DNA of 64,000 nucleotides from NCBI RefSeq assembly GCF_056712565.1, contig NZ_CM160072.1; one strand, 5' to 3'. Shown piece by piece: positions 50,885 to 64,000 of this stretch (position 1 is its first letter; each line of letters starts with the position of its first letter). The notes under the pieces were generated by a model. It saw only the letters and a program-made list of their open reading frames with translations, ran no database searches and was not told where the DNA came from. The position numbers and the translations under genes were made by a program.

Positions 50885-51886
50885 ATGATTGATACCACCC
50901 TGCCATTAACTGATATCCATCGCCACCTTGATGGCAACATTCGTCCCCAGACCATTCTTGAACTTGGCCGCCAGTATAATATCTCGCTTCCTGCACAATC
51001 CCTGGAAACACTGATTCCCCACGTTCAGGTCATTGCCAACGAACCCGATCTGGTGAGCTTTCTGACTAAACTTGACTGGGGCGTTAAAGTTCTCGCCTCT
51101 CTTGATGCCTGCCGCCGCGTGGCATTTGAAAACATTGAAGATGCAGCCCGTAACGGCCTGCACTATGTCGAGCTGCGTTTTTCACCAGGCTACATGGCAA
51201 TGGCACATCAGCTGCCTGTAGCGGGTGTTGTCGAAGCGGTGATCGATGGCGTACGTGAAGGTTGCCGCACCTTTGGTGTGCAGGCGAAGCTTATCGGTAT
51301 TATGAGCCGGACCTTCGGCGAAGCCGCCTGTCAGCAAGAGCTGGAGGCCTTTTTAGCCCACCGTGACCAGATTACCGCACTTGATTTAGCCGGTGATGAA
51401 CTTGGTTTCCCGGGAAGTCTGTTCCTTTCTCATTTCAACCGCGCGCGTGATGCGGGCTGGCATATTACCGTCCATGCAGGCGAAGCTGCCGGACCGGAAA
51501 GCATCTGGCAGGCGATTCGTGAACTGGGGGCGGAGCGTATTGGACATGGCGTAAAAGCCATTGAAGATCGGGCGCTGATGGATTTTCTCGCCGAGCAACA
51601 AATTGGTATTGAATCCTGTCTGACCTCCAATATTCAGACCAGCACCGTGGCGGATCTGGCTGCACATCCGCTGAAAACGTTCCTTGAGCATGGCATTCGT
51701 GCCAGCATTAACACTGACGATCCAGGCGTGCAGGGAGTGGATATCATTCACGAATATACCGTTGCCGCGCCAGCTGCTGGGTTATCCCGCGAGCAAATCC
51801 GCCAGGCACAGATTAATGGTCTGGAAATGGCTTTCCTCAGCGCAGAGGAAAAACGCGCACTGCGAGAAAAAGTCGCCGCGAAGTAA
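50885..51886 (+). CDS. add: Adenosine deaminase
   Basis: 333 aa; metal ligands HRHLDG near the N-terminus and SINTDDPG. Confidence 0.9.
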
Positions 51887-51921
51887 CAAAAATGGATGGT
51901 GCTAATTGCACCATCCCCTTT

Positions 51922-52962
51922 TCACGCAAGGCACAAAGTCGCGCGATGTTTGGCGGATTCGATGCCCAGCTCAATCAACTCCATTACCTGGATTGCCTGA
52001 CTTGCCGGAACCGGATTTTCACCATCGCCATTTAACGCATCACGAATAGCCGCATAGTAAGCCGGATAATTCCCCGGCACTGTCAACAGCGTTTCTTCGA
52101 CACGTTCCTCACCTTCCACGCGGGTAAGTACGCCATCGCGCATATCGTAGCCCCAGTCTTCCTGCGGCAGACGCTCGCCATTTTTCAGACGTTCTTCCTG
52201 TGGATCGAGGCCATATTTCACATAACTGCCTCGGGATCCATGCACGATATACCGTGCTGACTCGGCTGCTGCCAGCATGGTGCCGTGTAAAATCACTCGC
52301 CGCTGCGGATAGGACAAGATAGCGTGGAAATAATCGGTCGACTGCGCTCCGGGCCGTAACTGTGCCAAATCTACCGTCATGCTAACCGGTAAACCAAATA
52401 ACGTAATGGCCTGATCAAGAAGGTGCGGTGCTAAATCGTACCAGATACCGCTGCCTGGGCCGCCCTGTTCACGCCAACGATCGCGCACCTGCGGGCGGAA
52501 GCGGTCAAAATGGGACTCAACGTAAGCAATTTCACCCAGCACGCCTTCCGCGAGCAAACCTTTAAGCGTCAGGAAATCGCTATCCCAGCGACGGTTATGG
52601 AATACAGACAGCACTCGCCCCAGGCTTTTTGCCAGCGCATCCAGCTCTCGCGCTTGTGACAGTGTCACGGTAAAGGGTTTATCAACGACCACATGTTTAC
52701 CCGCCTCAAGCGCCGCTTTGGCTAACGGAAAATGGGTATCGTTGGGTGTAGGAATGACAATCAGGTCTATGTTGGGATCGTTAAACAGATGCTTCGGCTC
52801 AGAGACAACCGTAACCGTTGGCCAGTCAGCTTTTACTTTTGTTTCATCGCTGCTGGAGATTACCGCCAGCTCCAGCCCGGGCGTGCCCGCAATCAGGGGC
52901 GCATGGAAGGTTTTGCTCGCATAACCATACCCAATCAACCCAACACGGATGTTGTCGCTCAT
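51922..52962 (-). CDS. ydgJ: Gfo/Idh/MocA-family oxidoreductase YdgJ
   Basis: 346 aa from ATG at 52962 (MSDNIRVGLIGYGYASKTFHAPLIAG), Rossmann N-terminus. Confidence 0.85.
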   Translation of the reverse strand: MSDNIRVGLIGYGYASKTFHAPLIAGTPGLELAVISSSDETKVKADWPTVTVVSEPKHLFNDPNIDLIVIPTPNDTHFPLAKAALEAGKHVVVDKPFTVTLSQARELDALAKSLGRVLSVFHNRRWDSDFLTLKGLLAEGVLGEIAYVESHFDRFRPQVRDRWREQGGPGSGIWYDLAPHLLDQAITLFGLPVSMTVDLAQLRPGAQSTDYFHAILSYPQRRVILHGTMLAAAESARYIVHGSRGSYVKYGLDPQEERLKNGERLPQEDWGYDMRDGVLTRVEGEERVEETLLTVPGNYPAYYAAIRDALNGDGENPVPASQAIQVMELIELGIESAKHRATLCLA

Positions 52963-53204
52963 GTCATTGCCTCTCATTGAAGTATGATGGCTATTTGACA
53001 CTATCCTTTACCCTCGCTCAACAGTTTAATAACCTGCCAGCAATAAGGGATGTTGTTTAACTTAAGTCAAAAAAATAGCGATTTTTCCAACGACAAAAGC
53101 TAAATATTGCAAAAACCTCAGTAAAAATCTTGCTGGAGCTATTATTGCTAAGTAACATTTACCCCCTGAAGTTAATGGATCAATCAACAGAGATGTGGGC
53201 TGTA

Positions 53205-53330
53205 ATGAATCGTCTTATTGAATTAACAGGTTGGATCGTTCTTGTCGTTTCAGTCATTCTTCTTGGCGTGGCGAGTCACATTGACAACTATCAGCCACCT
53301 GAACAGAGTACTACAGTACAACACAAGTAA
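53205..53330 (+). CDS. blr: Small membrane protein Blr (41 aa)
   Basis: MNRLIELTGWIVLVVSVILLGVASHIDNYQPPEQSTTVQHK from an internal ATG of ORF 53130..53330. Confidence 0.6.
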   Translation: MNRLIELTGWIVLVVSVILLGVASHIDNYQPPEQSTTVQHK

Positions 53331-53602
53331 GCTCTGCACTTGTTGAGCGACATGCTGCCCGTCCGGGTGCATGTTTTCACTTGTCGGATATTAAACCAGG
53401 AATTTATTATCTTGTTCGATGTTGTTGATGATTGTCAGGGATAGTAAAGCGCGTTACTCTTTCCAGAGCAGTTTTTCATCCCTGAATATTTGCCATCAGC
53501 ACATTCTTATTATTGTAATAACACAAGCGTTCACTTTTGGTGAAATTTTATCATCACTAATAATACCTACCCCTTTGGTATTGATTATTTTATGGACCTT
53601 TT

Positions 53603-53818
53603 ATGACTGTTCAGGACTACTTATTAAAATTTCGCAAAATCAGTTCACTCGAAAGTCTGGAAAAACTCTACGATCATCTTAATTACACCCTGACGGACGA
53701 TCAGGAACTGATCAATATGTATCGTGCTGCCGATCACCGTCGCGCAGAGCTGGTTTCTGGCGGGCGTTTGTTTGACCTCGGCCAGGTACCGAAGTCCGTC
53801 TGGCACTATGTCCAGTAA
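53603..53818 (+). CDS. cnu: Hha/YmoA-family H-NS co-regulator Cnu (YdgT)
   Basis: 71 aa ([34 protein letters not shown]...). Confidence 0.8.
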
Positions 53819-53903
53819 AGAAAGTAGCGATCGGTTATAAAAGCCTTATAATAACGCCCCTAAAATTAGATTTGTCTGTTTGCGTCGCTATTCTGGAGAA
53901 CCT

Positions 53904-54344
53904 ATGACCACCACAACGCCACAACGTATTGGAGGCTGGTTGCTTGGCCCGTTGGCCTGGCTTTTAGTCGCTCTGTTGAGTACGACGCTGGCGTTGTTGC
54001 TGTATACCGCTGCGTTATCTTCTCCGCAAACATTTCAAACGCTCGGCGGACAAGCACTGACGACACAAATCTTATGGGGCGTTTCTTTTATTACCGCTAT
54101 CGCCATGTGGTATTACACACTGTGGTTGACCATCGCTTTCTTTAAACGTCGGCGTTGTGTTCCTAAACACTATATTATCTGGCTGCTTATTTCCGTATTG
54201 CTGGCAGTAAAAGCGTTCGCTTTTTCACCCGTAGAAGATGGCATAGCCGTTCGCCAGTTGCTGTTTACTTTGTTGGCAACCGCATTGATCGTCCCCTATT
54301 TCAAACGCTCGTCGCGGGTGAAAGCGACGTTTGTGAATCCGTAA
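53904..54344 (+). CDS. ydgK: Inner-membrane protein YdgK (DUF2569)
   Basis: 146 aa from ATG at 53904 (MTTTTPQRIGGWLLGPLAWLL); 4 predicted TMS. Confidence 0.8.
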   Translation: MTTTTPQRIGGWLLGPLAWLLVALLSTTLALLLYTAALSSPQTFQTLGGQALTTQILWGVSFITAIAMWYYTLWLTIAFFKRRRCVPKHYIIWLLISVLLAVKAFAFSPVEDGIAVRQLLFTLLATALIVPYFKRSSRVKATFVNP

Positions 54345-54420
54345 TAACCTTACAGTTAACCTGTTGTCGCCTGCTCTGGATTAACGGATAATAGGCGGCT
54401 TTTTTATTTCAGGCCGAAAA

Positions 54421-55001
54421 ATGACTGACTACCTGTTACTGTTTGTCGGAACTGTACTGGTCAATAACTTTGTACTGGTCAAGTTTCTCGGTCTCTGTCC
54501 GTTTATGGGGGTTTCCAAAAAGCTGGAAACCGCGATGGGCATGGGGCTGGCAACAACGTTTGTGATGACGCTGGCGTCTATTTGCGCCTGGCTTATCGAT
54601 ACGTGGATTTTGATCCCACTTAATCTGATATACCTGCGCACCATGGCGTTTATTCTGGTGATTGCTGTGGTTGTGCAGTTCACCGAAATGGTGGTGCGCA
54701 AAACCAGCCCGGTACTTTACCGTCTGCTGGGGATTTTTTTGCCGCTTATCACTACCAACTGTGCCGTGCTCGGCGTGGCGTTGCTGAATATCAATCTCGG
54801 GCACAATTTCTTGCAGTCAGCACTGTACGGTTTTTCCGCCGCTGTCGGTTTCTCGCTGGTGATGGTGCTCTTCGCCGCCATCCGCGAACGCCTTGCTGTG
54901 GCTGATGTCCCGGCACCTTTTCGCGGTAATGCCATTGCGTTAATTACCGCAGGTCTTATGTCTCTGGCCTTTATGGGCTTTAGTGGTTTGGTGAAGTTGT
55001 A

Positions 55002-55002
<1 letters not shown>
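54421..55002 (+). CDS. rsxA: Rnf/Rsx electron transport complex subunit A
   Basis: 193 aa polytopic membrane protein; first gene of rsxABCDGE. Confidence 0.9.
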
Positions 55003-57699
<2,697 letters not shown>

Positions 57700-58758
57700 A
57701 TGGTATTCAGAATAGCTAGCTCCCCTTATACCCATAACCAGCGCCAGACATCGCGCATTATGCTGTTGGTATTGCTCGCAGCCGTGCCAGGAATCGCAGC
57801 GCAACTGTGGTTTTTTGGTTGGGGTACTCTCGTTCAGATCCTGTTGGCGTCGGTCAGTGCTCTTCTGGCCGAAGCTCTCGTCCTCAAACTACGCAAGCAG
57901 TCGGTAGCTGCAACGTTGAAAGATAACTCAGCATTGCTGACAGGCTTATTGCTGGCGGTAAGTATTCCCCCTCTCGCGCCATGGTGGATGGTCGTGCTGG
58001 GTACGGTGTTTGCGGTGATCATCGCTAAACAGTTGTATGGCGGTCTGGGGCAAAACCCGTTTAATCCGGCAATGATTGGTTATGTGGTCTTACTGATCTC
58101 CTTCCCGGTGCAGATGACCAGTTGGTTACCGCCACATGAAATTGCGGTCAACATCCCTGGTTTTATCGACGCCATACAGGTTATTTTCAGTGGTCATACC
58201 ACCAGTGGTGGTGATATGAACACGCTACGCTTAGGTATTGATGGCATTAGTCAGGCGACACCGCTGGATACATTTAAAACCTCTGTCCGTGCCGGTCATT
58301 CGGTTGAAGAGATTATGCAATATCCGATCTACAGCGGTATTCTGGCGGGCGCTGGTTGGCAATGGGTAAATCTCGCCTGGCTGGCTGGCGGCGTGTGGTT
58401 GCTATGGCAGAAAGCGATTCGCTGGCATGTTCCCCTCAGCTTCTTAGTAACGCTGGCGTTATGCGCAACGTTGGGCTGGTTGTTCTCACCAGATACTCTG
58501 GCAGCACCGCAAATTCATCTGCTGTCTGGTGCGACCATGCTCGGCGCATTCTTTATTTTGACTGACCCGGTTACCGCTTCTACGACCAATCGTGGTCGTC
58601 TTATTTTCGGCGCGCTGGCGGGCTTATTAGTCTGGATGATCCGCAGTTTCGGCGGCTATCCTGACGGCGTTGCTTTTGCCGTCCTGCTGGCGAACATCAC
58701 GGTTCCTCTGATCGATTACTACACGCGTCCGCGCGTCTACGGCCATCGCAAAGGGTAA
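57700..58758 (+). CDS. rsxD: Rnf/Rsx complex subunit D
   Basis: 352 aa polytopic membrane protein (NqrB/RnfD family). Confidence 0.9.
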   Translation: MVFRIASSPYTHNQRQTSRIMLLVLLAAVPGIAAQLWFFGWGTLVQILLASVSALLAEALVLKLRKQSVAATLKDNSALLTGLLLAVSIPPLAPWWMVVLGTVFAVIIAKQLYGGLGQNPFNPAMIGYVVLLISFPVQMTSWLPPHEIAVNIPGFIDAIQVIFSGHTTSGGDMNTLRLGIDGISQATPLDTFKTSVRAGHSVEEIMQYPIYSGILAGAGWQWVNLAWLAGGVWLLWQKAIRWHVPLSFLVTLALCATLGWLFSPDTLAAPQIHLLSGATMLGAFFILTDPVTASTTNRGRLIFGALAGLLVWMIRSFGGYPDGVAFAVLLANITVPLIDYYTRPRVYGHRKG

Positions 58759-58761
58759 ACC

Positions 58762-59382
58762 ATGCTGAAAACTATCCGAAAACACGGCATTACGTTGGCG
58801 CTCTTTGCAGCGGGTTCAACAGGGTTAACTGCGGCCATCAACCAGATGACCAAAACGACAATTGCTGAACAGGCCAGTCTGCAACAAAAGGCGTTATTTG
58901 ATCAGGTGCTGCCAGCTGAACGCTATAACAATGCGCTGGCACAGAGTTGCTATCTGGTAACTGCGCCAGAGTTAGGTAAAGGTGAGCATCGGGTTTACAT
59001 CGCCAAACAGGATGACAAACCGGTAGCTGCCGTTCTGGAAGCAACCGCGCCAGATGGCTATTCCGGTGCGATTCAGCTGCTGGTGGGAGCCGATTTTAAC
59101 GGCACGGTACTTGGCACGCGCGTGACTGAGCACCACGAAACGCCAGGGCTTGGCGATAAAATCGAACTGCGCCTTTCTGACTGGATCACCCATTTTGCGG
59201 GTAAAAAAATCAGTGGTGCGGATGATGCGAACTGGGCGGTGAAGAAAGATGGTGGTGATTTCGACCAGTTCACCGGCGCGACGATTACTCCCCGCGCGGT
59301 GGTTAATGCGGTAAAACGCGCCGGATTGTACGCTCAGACGTTACCGGCACAACTTTCTCAACTTCCTGCCTGTGGAGAATAA
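58762..59382 (+). CDS. rsxG: Rnf/Rsx complex subunit G (FMN-binding)
   Basis: 206 aa; FMN-attachment region [14 protein letters not shown]. Confidence 0.9.
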   Translation: MLKTIRKHGITLALFAAGSTGLTAAINQMTKTTIAEQASLQQKALFDQVLPAERYNNALAQSCYLVTAPELGKGEHRVYIAKQDDKPVAAVLEATAPDGYSGAIQLLVGADFNGTVLGTRVTEHHETPGLGDKIELRLSDWITHFAGKKISGADDANWAVKKDGGDFDQFTGATITPRAVVNAVKRAGLYAQTLPAQLSQLPACGE

Positions 59383-59385
59383 AAC

Positions 59386-60081
59386 GTGAGCGAAATTAAA
59401 GACGTTATTGTTCAGGGGTTGTGGAAAAACAACTCTGCGCTGGTCCAGTTGCTCGGCCTTTGTCCGCTGTTGGCGGTCACGTCCACTGCCACTAACGCTC
59501 TGGGTTTAGGACTTGCGACTACGCTGGTACTGACGCTAACCAACCTGACCATTTCGACGCTGCGTCACTGGACGCCCGCCGAGATCCGCATTCCCATTTA
59601 CGTGATGATCATCGCCTCGGTGGTCAGCGCTGTACAGATGCTGATCAACGCCTACGCCTTTGGCCTGTATCAATCATTAGGGATTTTTATTCCGCTGATT
59701 GTCACTAACTGTATCGTTGTGGGCCGCGCTGAAGCCTTCGCCGCCAAAAAAGGTCCGGCGCTTTCGGCACTGGACGGCTTTTCAATTGGTATGGGCGCAA
59801 CCTGCGCCATGTTCGTGCTGGGTTCACTACGCGAAATTATCGGCAATGGCACGTTGTTTGACGGTGCAGATGCGCTGTTAGGTAGCTGGGCGAAAGTATT
59901 ACGCGTGGAGATTTTCCGCACCGACTCCCCTTTCCTGCTGGCGATGCTGCCACCAGGTGCATTTATTGGCCTGGGACTGATGCTGGCAGGAAAATACCTG
60001 ATTGATGAAAAAATGAAAAAGCGCCGTACTGAAGCAGTTGCCGAACGTGCATTGCCAAACGGTGAAACAGGGAATGTCTGA
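59386..60081 (+). CDS. rsxE: Rnf/Rsx complex subunit E
   Basis: 231 aa polytopic membrane protein; paralogous to RsxA. Confidence 0.9.
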   Translation: MSEIKDVIVQGLWKNNSALVQLLGLCPLLAVTSTATNALGLGLATTLVLTLTNLTISTLRHWTPAEIRIPIYVMIIASVVSAVQMLINAYAFGLYQSLGIFIPLIVTNCIVVGRAEAFAAKKGPALSALDGFSIGMGATCAMFVLGSLREIIGNGTLFDGADALLGSWAKVLRVEIFRTDSPFLLAMLPPGAFIGLGLMLAGKYLIDEKMKKRRTEAVAERALPNGETGNV

Positions 60082-60716
60082 TGAACAAAGCAAAACGCCT
60101 GGAGATCCTCACTCGCCTGCGTGAGAACAATCCTCATCCCACCACCGAGCTTAATTTCAGTTCGCCTTTTGAATTGCTGATTGCCGTACTGCTTTCCGCT
60201 CAGGCGACCGATGTCAGTGTTAATAAGGCGACGGCGAAACTCTACCCGGTGGCTAATACGCCTGCAGCGATGCTTGAACTGGGCGTTGAAGGGGTGAAAA
60301 CCTATATCAAAACGATTGGCCTTTATAACAGCAAAGCAGAAAATATCATCAAAACCTGCCGTATATTACTGGAACAACATAATGGCGAGGTTCCGGAAGA
60401 TCGTGCTGCGCTTGAAGCCCTGCCTGGCGTAGGTCGTAAAACAGCCAACGTCGTATTAAACACTGCATTCGGCTGGCCGACTATTGCTGTCGACACGCAC
60501 ATTTTCCGCGTTTGCAATCGTACTCAATTTGCGCCGGGGAAAAACGTCGAACAGGTAGAAGAAAAGCTACTGAAAGTGGTTCCGGCAGAGTTTAAAGTCG
60601 ACTGCCACCATTGGTTGATTCTGCACGGGCGTTATACCTGCATTGCCCGCAAGCCTCGCTGTGGCTCTTGTATTATTGAAGATCTTTGTGAATACAAAGA
60701 GAAAGTTGACATCTAA
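60081..60716 (+). CDS. nth: Endonuclease III (DNA glycosylase / AP lyase)
   Basis: 211 aa; HhH-GPD motif LPGVGRKTANVVL; C-terminal 4Fe-4S cluster CIARKPRCGSCIIEDLC; start overlaps the rsxE stop. Confidence 0.9.
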   Translation: MNKAKRLEILTRLRENNPHPTTELNFSSPFELLIAVLLSAQATDVSVNKATAKLYPVANTPAAMLELGVEGVKTYIKTIGLYNSKAENIIKTCRILLEQHNGEVPEDRAALEALPGVGRKTANVVLNTAFGWPTIAVDTHIFRVCNRTQFAPGKNVEQVEEKLLKVVPAEFKVDCHHWLILHGRYTCIARKPRCGSCIIEDLCEYKEKVDI

Positions 60717-61326
60717 AGATCAGGGGTAACACCGATTACCCCATTCATAACCTTTCTTTATCCTCTTTTAAAACATCTTTTTAACGTCAATGATGCCATT
60801 GCTTAGCGTTATCATCAGGTAATCCGTTTGCAGATAACCAAAAATGCAGGTTAATTGTTTTTTTAATAGCGAAATTTTCTATTCATTCGTGATCAAGATC
60901 ACGATGCTGTGGCAATGTAAAAACATTGCAAGAATCAGGTTAAAATCATTTAAATTTACACACGCAACAAATATTGACCTACAAAACATTACACTGGCTA
61001 TTTTTCAGAAACTGGACTATCTCACTAGGAAAAACGCCAAATAGTAGAACATATCGCCATTAAGCCATCATCACCCTCTCAGGGTAGTGAAAAAATCTGC
61101 CGTTACGTTTTTTGAAAAATTTAACGCTGGATAACATTTCCCGGAATGGTTGAATTCCCCGCCTCAGTTATATGTAACAGATTATTACAAAGGACTTGTC
61201 TGAAAGTGCAAGATAGTGAACATTACCTGCCGTTTCCCCTCCCACTATAACAATTGCGCGTATGTTTTTTAGACATAACGCGAGAAAGCACCCCCGTTAA
61301 TATGGGATGTAAAAAAAGAGGTAAAA

Positions 61327-62829
61327 GTGTCCACTGCAAACCAAAAACCAACTGAAAGCGTCAGTTTGAACGCTTTTAAACAACCGAAGGCGTTCTATCT
61401 CATCTTCTCGATTGAGTTATGGGAACGTTTTGGTTATTACGGCCTACAAGGAATTATGGCTGTTTACCTGGTTAAACAACTGGGTATGTCTGAAGCGGAT
61501 TCAATCACCCTTTTCTCTTCCTTTAGTGCCCTGGTTTATGGTCTGGTCGCTATCGGCGGCTGGTTAGGTGACAAGGTACTGGGTACTAAACGCGTAATTA
61601 TGCTCGGCGCTATTGTGCTGGCGATTGGTTATGCTCTGGTTGCCTGGTCTGGTCACGACGCCGGTATCGTTTATATGGGTATGGCGGCTATTGCGGTCGG
61701 TAACGGCCTGTTTAAAGCTAACCCGTCTTCTCTGCTTTCTACATGCTATGAGAAAAACGACCCGCGTCTGGACGGTGCATTCACCATGTACTACATGTCC
61801 GTCAACATCGGCTCTTTCTTCTCTATGATTGCTACGCCGTGGCTGGCCGCGAAATACGGCTGGAGTGTTGCGTTTGCGTTGAGCGTTGTAGGCCTGCTGA
61901 TCACTATCGTTAACTTCGCCTTCTGCCAACGTTGGGTTAAACAGTACGGTTCAAAACCAGACTTCGAGCCTATCAACTACCGTAACCTGCTGCTGACCAT
62001 TATTGGTGTTGTGGCACTGATCGCTATCGCCACCTGGCTGCTGCACAATCAGGAAGTTGCGCGTATGGCGCTGGGCGTTGTTGCCTTCGGTATCGTGGTT
62101 ATCTTCGGTAAAGAAGCCTTCGCGATGAAAGGTGCTGCGCGTCGTAAAATGATCGTTGCCTTCATCCTGATGCTCGAAGCCATTATCTTCTTCGTGCTTT
62201 ATAGCCAGATGCCAACGTCACTGAACTTCTTTGCGATTCGTAACGTTGAACACACCATTCTGGGCCTGGCCGTAGAACCTGAGCAGTATCAGGCACTGAA
62301 CCCGTTCTGGATCATCATTGGTAGCCCGATTCTGGCCGCTATCTATAACAAGATGGGCGATACCCTGCCAATGCCAACCAAGTTTGCTATCGGCATGGTG
62401 ATGTGTTCTGGTGCGTTCCTGATTCTGCCGCTGGGTGCGAAATTCGCGTCTGACGCTGGTATCGTGTCTGTAAGCTGGCTGGTCGCGAGCTATGGCCTGC
62501 AGAGTATCGGGGAACTGATGATCTCTGGCCTGGGTCTGGCAATGGTTGCACAACTCGTTCCGCAGCGTCTGATGGGCTTCATTATGGGTAGCTGGTTCCT
62601 GACCACTGCCGGTGCAAACCTGATTGGTGGTTATGTTGCAGGTATGATGGCTGTGCCGGATAACGTTACCGATCCGCTGATGTCACTGGAAGTCTATGGT
62701 CGCGTATTCTTGCAGATTGGTGTCGCTACTGCCGTTATTGCAGTACTGATGCTGTTTACCGCGCCGAAACTGCACCGCATGACGCAGGATGACGCTGCAG
62801 ACAAAGCGGCGAAAGCAGCCGTAGCGTAA
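61327..62829 (+). CDS. dtpA: Proton-dependent di/tripeptide permease DtpA (POT family)
   Basis: 500 aa from a GTG start at 61327 with GAGG RBS; POT signature region [20 protein letters not shown]. Confidence 0.9.
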
Positions 62830-62851
62830 AATTCAGGGAAACTCTTTTACA

Positions 62852-62884
62852 AGCCGCTAACTTTTCGTTAGCGGCTTTTTTTTG
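62852..62884 (+). terminator. Rho-independent terminator after dtpA
   Basis: agccgctaacttttcgttagcggct hairpin followed by a T-run. Confidence 0.6.
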
Positions 62885-62933
62885 TTCAGCAACGCACTAC
62901 CATACTTTAAACCACAGACAAAAGGAGTTACCG

Positions 62934-63539
62934 ATGAAATTGTTCTACAAACCGGGCGCCTGCTCTCTCGCTTCCCATATCACCCTGCGTGAGAGCGGAA
63001 AGGATTTTACGCTCGTCAGTGTGGATTTAATGAAAAAACGTCTCGAAAACGGTGACAATTACTTTGCCGTTAACCCTAAGGGACAAGTACCTGCATTGCT
63101 GCTGGACGATGGTACTTTGCTGACGGAAGGCGTAGCGATTATGCAGTATCTTGCCGACAGCGTCCCCGACCGCCAGTTGCTGGCACCGGTAAACAGTATT
63201 TCCCGCTATAAAACCATCGAATGGCTGAATTACATCGCCACCGAGCTGCATAAAGGTTTCACACCTCTGTTTCGCCCTGATACACCGGAAGAGTACAAAT
63301 CGACAGTTCGCGCGCAGCTGGAGAAGAAGCTGCAATATGTGAACGAGGCACTGAAGGATGAGCATTGGATCTGCGGGCAACGATTTACAATTGCTGATGC
63401 CTATCTGTTTACGGTTCTGCGCTGGGCATACGCGGTGAAACTGAATCTGGAAGGGTTAGAGCACATTGCGGCATTTATGCAACGTATGGCTGAACGTCCG
63501 GAAGTACAAGACGCGCTGTCAGCGGAAGGCTTAAAGTAA
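62934..63539 (+). CDS. gstA: Glutathione S-transferase GstA
   Basis: 201 aa; N-terminal thioredoxin-like GST domain ([16 protein letters not shown]). Confidence 0.9.
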   Translation: MKLFYKPGACSLASHITLRESGKDFTLVSVDLMKKRLENGDNYFAVNPKGQVPALLLDDGTLLTEGVAIMQYLADSVPDRQLLAPVNSISRYKTIEWLNYIATELHKGFTPLFRPDTPEEYKSTVRAQLEKKLQYVNEALKDEHWICGQRFTIADAYLFTVLRWAYAVKLNLEGLEHIAAFMQRMAERPEVQDALSAEGLK

Positions 63540-63546
63540 TAGCCAT

Positions 63547-63570
63547 CGGCCCACAGGTCGTTGTGGGCCG
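63547..63570. terminator. Bidirectional hairpin between convergent gstA and pdxY
   Basis: cggcccacaggtcgttgtgggccg, a 10-bp perfect stem. Confidence 0.5.
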
Positions 63571-63582
63571 AAATGAGATATT

Positions 63583-64000
63583 TCAGAGCTTTGTTGCGCT
63601 GAAATAATGTTCTGGATTGGCAATACGATCCTGAGCAGCAACCACTTGCAGCTCATATTCCTGCATTGCTTTTGTGGTCACCATGATTTCGTATACTGCA
63701 GCGGTCACATGTTCCAGGGCCTCCTGCAGCGTTGCCCCCTGAAGCAGTTTCACCAGCAGTAAGCCGCTCGTCACATCACCAACACCTACCGGCTGGCGCA
63801 TACCAAAATCCACCAGCGGACGGCTGATATGCCAGGCTTCATCGGCGGTGACTAGCAGCATTTCAAAACGGTCACGGCTGTAGCCAGCTCGCGCCAGGTG
63901 TTTAACCAACACAATTTGTGGTCCTTGCGCAATGAGTTCGCGCGCTGCCAGAACCGCTTCTTCGACGTTATTTACCGGATGCTCACAGAGTATTTCCAGC
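63583..64000 (-). CDS. pdxY: Pyridoxal kinase PdxY, C-terminal portion; N-terminus lies beyond the window end
   Basis: Minus-strand frame open from the window end to the stop at 63583; C-terminus ...[15 protein letters not shown]; ribokinase-family fold. Confidence 0.85.
   Translation of the reverse strand, partial: LEILCEHPVNNVEEAVLAARELIAQGPQIVLVKHLARAGYSRDRFEMLLVTADEAWHISRPLVDFGMRQPVGVGDVTSGLLLVKLLQGATLQEALEHVTAAVYEIMVTTKAMQEYELQVVAAQDRIANPEHYFSATKL

Noticed and set aside
60844..61044. 66-aa ORF in the nth-dtpA intergenic region
   Set aside because: No Shine-Dalgarno sequence, AT-rich skewed composition, and it lies within the probable dtpA regulatory/5-prime UTR region.

Overview
This window is a contiguous, syntenic stretch of Escherichia coli-type core chromosome, matching the K-12 ydfI-rspBA-ynfABC-speG-ynfEFGH-dmsD-clcB-mlc-asr-mdtIJ-pntAB-rstAB-tus-fumCA-manA-uidCBAR-hdhA-malIXY-add-rsxABCDGE-nth-dtpA-gstA-pdxY region near the replication terminus. 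Gene identities were recognised from the translated ORFs; all comparisons to K-12 reference lengths are from memory and not from a database search. Almost every ORF is a well-known gene of expected length, and coding density is high. I found no integrase, transposase, IS element, tRNA, rRNA, CRISPR array or foreign-looking gene block, and I do not see evidence for a novel, undescribed system here. The points worth a second look are strain-level lesions and a few regulatory elements: (1) mlc (dgsA) is broken by a 2-bp frameshift after codon 331; (2) clcB appears to carry a 75-bp in-frame deletion removing one transmembrane helix; (3) ydfJ is reduced to a ~355-bp out-of-frame remnant between ydfI and rspB, where K-12 carries the Qin prophage; (4) rsxC has a 96-bp tandem repeat with four full copies, apparently one fewer than K-12; (5) a perfect 24-bp palindrome lies upstream of uidR; (6) the TerB site sits in the tus promoter. 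ORF-track coordinates include the stop codon; several starts were moved to internal ATG/GTG codons that match the known N-termini.
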